Shown here piece after piece: positions 61,790-64,000 of a DNA stretch of 64,000 bases (the first letter of the stretch is position 1; every line of letters starts with the position of its first letter). A program made the position numbers and the translations under genes. The notes under the pieces were generated by a model. That model saw only the letters and a list, made by a program, of their open reading frames with translations. It did no database searches and was not told the DNA's origin. Source of the stretch: Squalus acanthias (lineage: Eukaryota); the NCBI GenBank assembly GCA_030390025.1, contig CM059441.1, positions 2,480,001 to 2,544,000 on the forward strand. Reading direction: 5' to 3'.

Positions 61790-64000
61790 CGCAGAGAAAC
61801 AGCCCCGAATGTTACCCACATTCTTCAGTTACCTTCAGTATCAGTAAATTCTAAAGATGAGCCATACTTATCCATAAAAATGCAGGGCAAGAAAGTTCCT
61901 TTTCTTGTTGACACAGGAGCCACAAGCTCACTATTAACAAAGCAATATTCTAGAAGAGCCCCATGTACAGAAAAGAATGTCACATGTGTAGGACTCTCTG
62001 GCGTCTCACAGACTATGACGTGGTCACAACCACTTTCAATACAAACAGACAATTTTTCTGGTCAGCACATCTTTCTCCTATCAGACGACGCCCCTATGAA
62101 CCTTTTAGGGAGAGATTTGCTATGCAAAATGCAAGCAACAATAATATGTTCCGAAAAAGGACTACAGGTGTACATCCCTACTGATAGATGCACTATGTGT
62201 CCTTCACAAGAATGCTCCCCTCCAGTTATTTCACGAGAAACAGAGCAACTGCTGGATCAAATTCCGCCACAAGTATGGTCTAGCCATTCAAACGAGGTTG
62301 GCAAAATGCTAACTGCTCAGCCATACAAAGTTACGTTAAGACCATCCGTCCGATTGCCCCGTAGACCTCAGTACCCGCTTTCAACAGCAGCCGAACAAGG
62401 AATTCAGCCTGTCATTAACTCTTTGTTACAGCAAGGAATAATAATTCCAACCCAGAGCCCATGCAACACTCCAATTTTGCCAGTCGAAAAGAAGGAAAGT
62501 GGGAAATGGAGACTAGTGCAAGATCTCAGAGCAGTTAACGAATCAGTACTACCAGTTTATCCAGTTGTGCCAAATCCTGCTACCATTCTAACTAGTATTC
62601 CCTCTGGATCAAAGTATTACACTGTCATCGATTTATGTTCAGCTTTCTTCAGTATCCCTATCCACCAAGATTCACAGTTCCTATTCGCTTTCACATTTAA
62701 AGGGACACAGTTCACTTGGACAAGACTTCCACAAGGTTACACAGAGAGTCCCACAATCTTTTCTCAAAGCCTCAAGCGTGATTTAGAGGACATTCTCTTC
62801 ACTGGAGGGTCCACACTTATCCAATATGTCGATGATTTGCTGATAGCTTCGCCTGATAAACAGTCATGTCAAACTGACTCGCTTATTATGCTTCATGCCT
62901 TAGCAGTAAAGGGACATAAAGTATCACGTTCCAAGATGCAGTTCGTGTCAGAGAAAGTACAGTATTTGGGACATGAACTCCGTGCTGATAGCCGCTGTCT
63001 GTCGCAGGGGAGGATCAGAGCAATTTGTGAAGCACCGTTACCTACTACTAAACAGCAATTAAAACATTTTCTTGGCATGTCAGGATACTGTAGACAATGG
63101 ATCATGGGGTATTCAGACCTGGTGCGCCCATTGCTTGATATCTCCATGGAGGAAGACCCTCTTGCTTGGAATCAGAAGGCAAAGGACGCCTTTGAGAATG
63201 TCAAGCAAGCCCTTATATCGGCTCCAGCATTAGGGCTGCCAGACTATCAGAAGCAGTTCAATCTTTTTGTCCATCATAAATTGGGCTTTGCTCAATCTGT
63301 TTTGACTCAAACCCATGGTGATAAACAAAGACCTTTAGCCTATTTCAGTACTCAATTAGATCCTGTTGCACGCGGCCTGCCTGGATGCCTGCCAATTCTA
63401 GCCGCCGCCTATTATGCTGTACAACAGGCTCAAAGTATCACGCTCAATCACCGGACTATTTTATTTGTGCCACATTCAGTCGAAGTACTGTTGACAAAAT
63501 GCGCCACTCAACATCTGACATCAGCTCGCAGCAGTAAATATGAGGTTGAATTATTGTCCAACCCTAATCTCCTAATTCAAAGATGTTCGGTTTTGAATCC
63601 AGCCACACTGCTGCCCACAGAAGAAGATGGAATCCCACATTGCTGCGAGACGGTCACCCAATTGGTGACCAAGCCTCGAATAGATCTATCTGAAACTCCT
63701 ATTTCTAATAGTGACTTAATATACTACGTAGACGGGTCAGCTCTTAGGGATGACAAAGGATCACCCAGAGCTGGCTATGCCATATCAGATGATCATTCAG
63801 TTGTAGAAGCGCTCTCATTACCTCAATCTTTTTCAGCACAACAAGCAGAACTTTTCGCTCTTACAAGGGCTTGTATACTGGCTACTGATAAATCTGTTAA
63901 CATTTATACCGACTCCCGGTACGCTTTTGGGGTCGCCCATGACTACGGACAGATCTGGAAACTAAGGGGATTTCTAACTTCTTCAGGATCGACTATTAAA
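61790..64000 (+). CDS. pol: Retroviral Pro-Pol (PR, RT, RNase H), in frame with gag, runs off the window
   Basis: Manual translation found no stop: FLVDTGA, NLLGRDLL, WRLVQDLRAVN, LPQG, YVDD, YVDGS, AELFAL, IYTDSRYAFG; absent from the ORF track, probably because no stop lies in the window. Confidence 0.95.

Noticed and set aside
60152-63147. Short alternative-frame and antisense ORFs over gag/pol
   Set aside because: 60-119 aa shadows of the coding frame with no recognisable motifs

Overview
Repeat-dense vertebrate DNA, most likely a shark or other elasmobranch (HE1-type V-SINE, SacSINE1-like DeuSINEs, abundant CR1 LINEs). No host gene can be identified; only tentative minus-strand exons appear in the first 6 kb. 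The window contains: (1) the 5' part of an apparently intact class I (epsilon/gamma-like) endogenous retrovirus, with a 599-bp LTR, tRNA-Gln PBS, 548-aa Gag, an in-frame UGA and a pro-pol frame open to the window end; (2) a decayed Gypsy element with a tRNA-Ser PBS and three nested insertions; (3) two families of Penelope-like elements (PLEs; RT + GIY-YIG) whose termini carry minimal hammerhead ribozyme motifs, including two small palindromic derivatives, one with a hammerhead on each strand; (4) many PIF/Harbinger remnants (transposase, Myb/SANT gene, MITEs with 3-bp TSDs), one MITE group carrying NRF1/ETS motifs and splice donors; (5) CR1, L2 and other LINE fragments and SINEs. Family names come from motif recognition, not database searches. 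Boundaries of old elements are approximate.
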